64,000 nucleotides of DNA, from positions 31,374,001-31,438,000 of the forward strand of contig OZ249436.1 in NCBI GenBank assembly GCA_965235115.1, read 5' to 3'. This stretch comes from Laetmonice hystrix. Taxonomy: Eukaryota. The notes under the pieces are model-generated. The model worked only from the letters and a program-made list of their open reading frames with translations, was not told where the DNA came from and did no database searches. This document shows positions 61,890 to 64,000 of the stretch, piece after piece. The position numbers and the translations under genes are program-made. Every line of letters begins with the position of its first letter. Position 1 is the stretch's first letter.

Positions 61890-64000
61890 CTTGGAGTCCG
61901 ATGTCACACACTGCGAAACCTTTAGCCTCCTGAAACTGCTACTTTGTTGTTTACACAGTTGTCATTATTATCAGTAGGGGGCAGCACAAGACTGTGGCAA
62001 CCCCATTTTTGGCATAGGGGCCTACTTTAGTACTTCACTACTTCACTCCACCAAAACATAGAACTCGAAAAGCCTATCGGAAATAGGCTGATTTTTCTTG
62101 TATCGGGGGGGGGGGGAGGGGTGTAATAAGTTAAAACAAACCAAAACGTATAATATTGCGTGATAATGGTCAATATTTTGTGGAAATGTTCCTGTGGATC
62201 CAGGATTTAGGAAAAGGGGAAGATCCAAGACAAGCCGACAAAATTAATTAAGGGGGCGGAGGGGGGGGCATGCAATCTTCCATAATGCAGAGGGGCGGGG
62301 GGTCTAACAAGAGGGGGGGGGGACTGGCAAAATGAAGCTCTATCAGGAAGCTGTTTTTCTGTTGTTTTTATTAAATTGTTGTAAAATGGTCGCCTTCTGC
62401 CTCTGCTTTCAAAAGGTGTTATGCATCCACGGGATACAATGTCTATATTTGTCTGACATGAACCCTAAGTTTTAGGTGCCAAATATTATAGCGCCATCTT
62501 CCTTGATCTTCTGAGCAGCCTACTCCTCCCTAAAACGTTTTCTCCCAATATTAACATTTGAATTTCTATAATCTATCAACGAGGTGTAGACGTAGATCGG
62601 CAGTCTTACCAGGGCAGAGGGACGACTTACGTCTCCATTAGGACCTACATGTCTAGGAGTTCAAACGGTTGGGGGCATTTTGTATGGTTCCGTAATTTAA
62701 AACAAAGTGAACATCGAGAAACAAAAGGTGCAGTTTGTCCATTTCACCGACTATTAAACTTATCCCAGTTTTTATTAACATGCTCTGAAATCTTCTGGCT
62801 ATGCTTTCGGGTACCAAATTTAACTTGTTAGTGGGAAGGACAACAATTTGTACCGGATATTATGATGTGATCAGCCAGACTCGACGCCTCAAAGAATTAC
62901 GCTCATATTCAAGACTTCATATTTTCTTTTCTAAAAAGGTGAAATGTTAAAAACTTACGGCCAATATCCAAAATACGTGTGTGTGGATTATTGCTGGAAG
63001 GGTGCCTATTGTGTTTACTTATCTAATCACAAAAAAATATATACTGGAAAAGTATAGACTTAACAACGCACATGATAATATTTTGACACAGCTGTCCTTT
63101 ATATCATTTGGTAAAAAAGAATTCGACATGTCTATTGCATGCACATATAAAGGCCTGATAGAGCCTGACCCACTATATATTAGGTAACGTATACTATCAC
63201 ATCCATGGCTTGTCCTGAAGAATATCTTCACAATGGGGTATGACAAGTCAGCAAATATCGCTCATAATTTTATCAACCGCACACTTTGCAGACATTCGCA
63301 CACACGCTCACTACACAACAATGTAATAATAAAGTATTTGTAGTTTACGAAAAAAAAATGCAGTAGAGCCACACCGGCCATACGTCTTGCCTGTGCTCAA
63401 ACTGGCCACCCGCACCCTGAACAACGCCTTTTTATTGTACACACATTCTTAGGGAGCAGAGAATTGTCAACTCGCTCTACAAAACACACTAGGCTACTTG
63501 TACACTGCATCACAGTTTTTTTTCTCATGTTGGCTCCGTAACTTTGTATGTACCCAAGGCTCCCCATCTTACATCACTTATACAATAATTATAACCAGAC
63601 TTACTCTCAGGAATTACGTAATTGTATTTTGATACCAAAGCTAGATTCATTTTTAAGGTGGGCCTGCTTAGACTTACAGGACACCCCCCTTAATGTTTCA
63701 AGAGTGGCAAAAGATTGCGTTGAAGATGTAGCACAGATGTTGCAATGTAAAAGTTCTACGACTCCATTCTAAATGCGCCAAACGAGAATACATGGTCAGA
63801 ACGTGGTAGTACAGTACTAGGACCAGACAGAACGGAGGTCATTTTAAGGTCATTTACCCAGTGTATCGCTCCTGATACTACACAGTTAGAGGAGATTCAG
63901 TACATACTATTGACTTCACTCATCCCATTGTGAGCAGAGCATCTCTATATTAGAGCCTCTCAGTCAGTATACAGTCCTAACCGATTCTCTATTTTATCTT

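Overview
Animal (invertebrate, probably lophotrochozoan; inference) genomic DNA with spliceosomal introns. It holds four protein-coding genes. (1) The 5' half of a BTB-BACK Kelch-like gene on the minus strand (5 coding exons, 18429->1060), which runs off the left edge. (2) A single-exon Trunk/PTTH/Noggin-like cystine-knot precursor (minus, 22659-24113). (3) A single-coding-exon GT31 beta-1,3-glycosyltransferase whose DxD motif reads NDN (plus, 32292-33527). (4) A complete 20-exon PIK3C3/Vps34 gene (minus, 61889->35849, about 942 aa by my exon sum). Introns and intergenic DNA carry large minisatellites (24, 37, 39, 42, 46, 51 and 75 bp units), microsatellites, non-autonomous DNA transposons (Tc1/mariner, PIF/Harbinger, Kolobok-type, a 5-bp-TSD hAT-like family) and SINE fragments. 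The most unusual observations concern repeats and splice signals: a ~10 kb intronic array whose pre-mRNA strand repeats a U1-snRNA-like anti-donor sequence and can fold over the real 5' splice site, a quadruplicated 3' splice site in Vps34, and a TG/AG tandem acceptor. There is also a strand-specific structured element in the Vps34 3' UTR. All assignments come from reading the sequence by eye; no searches or folding programs were run.
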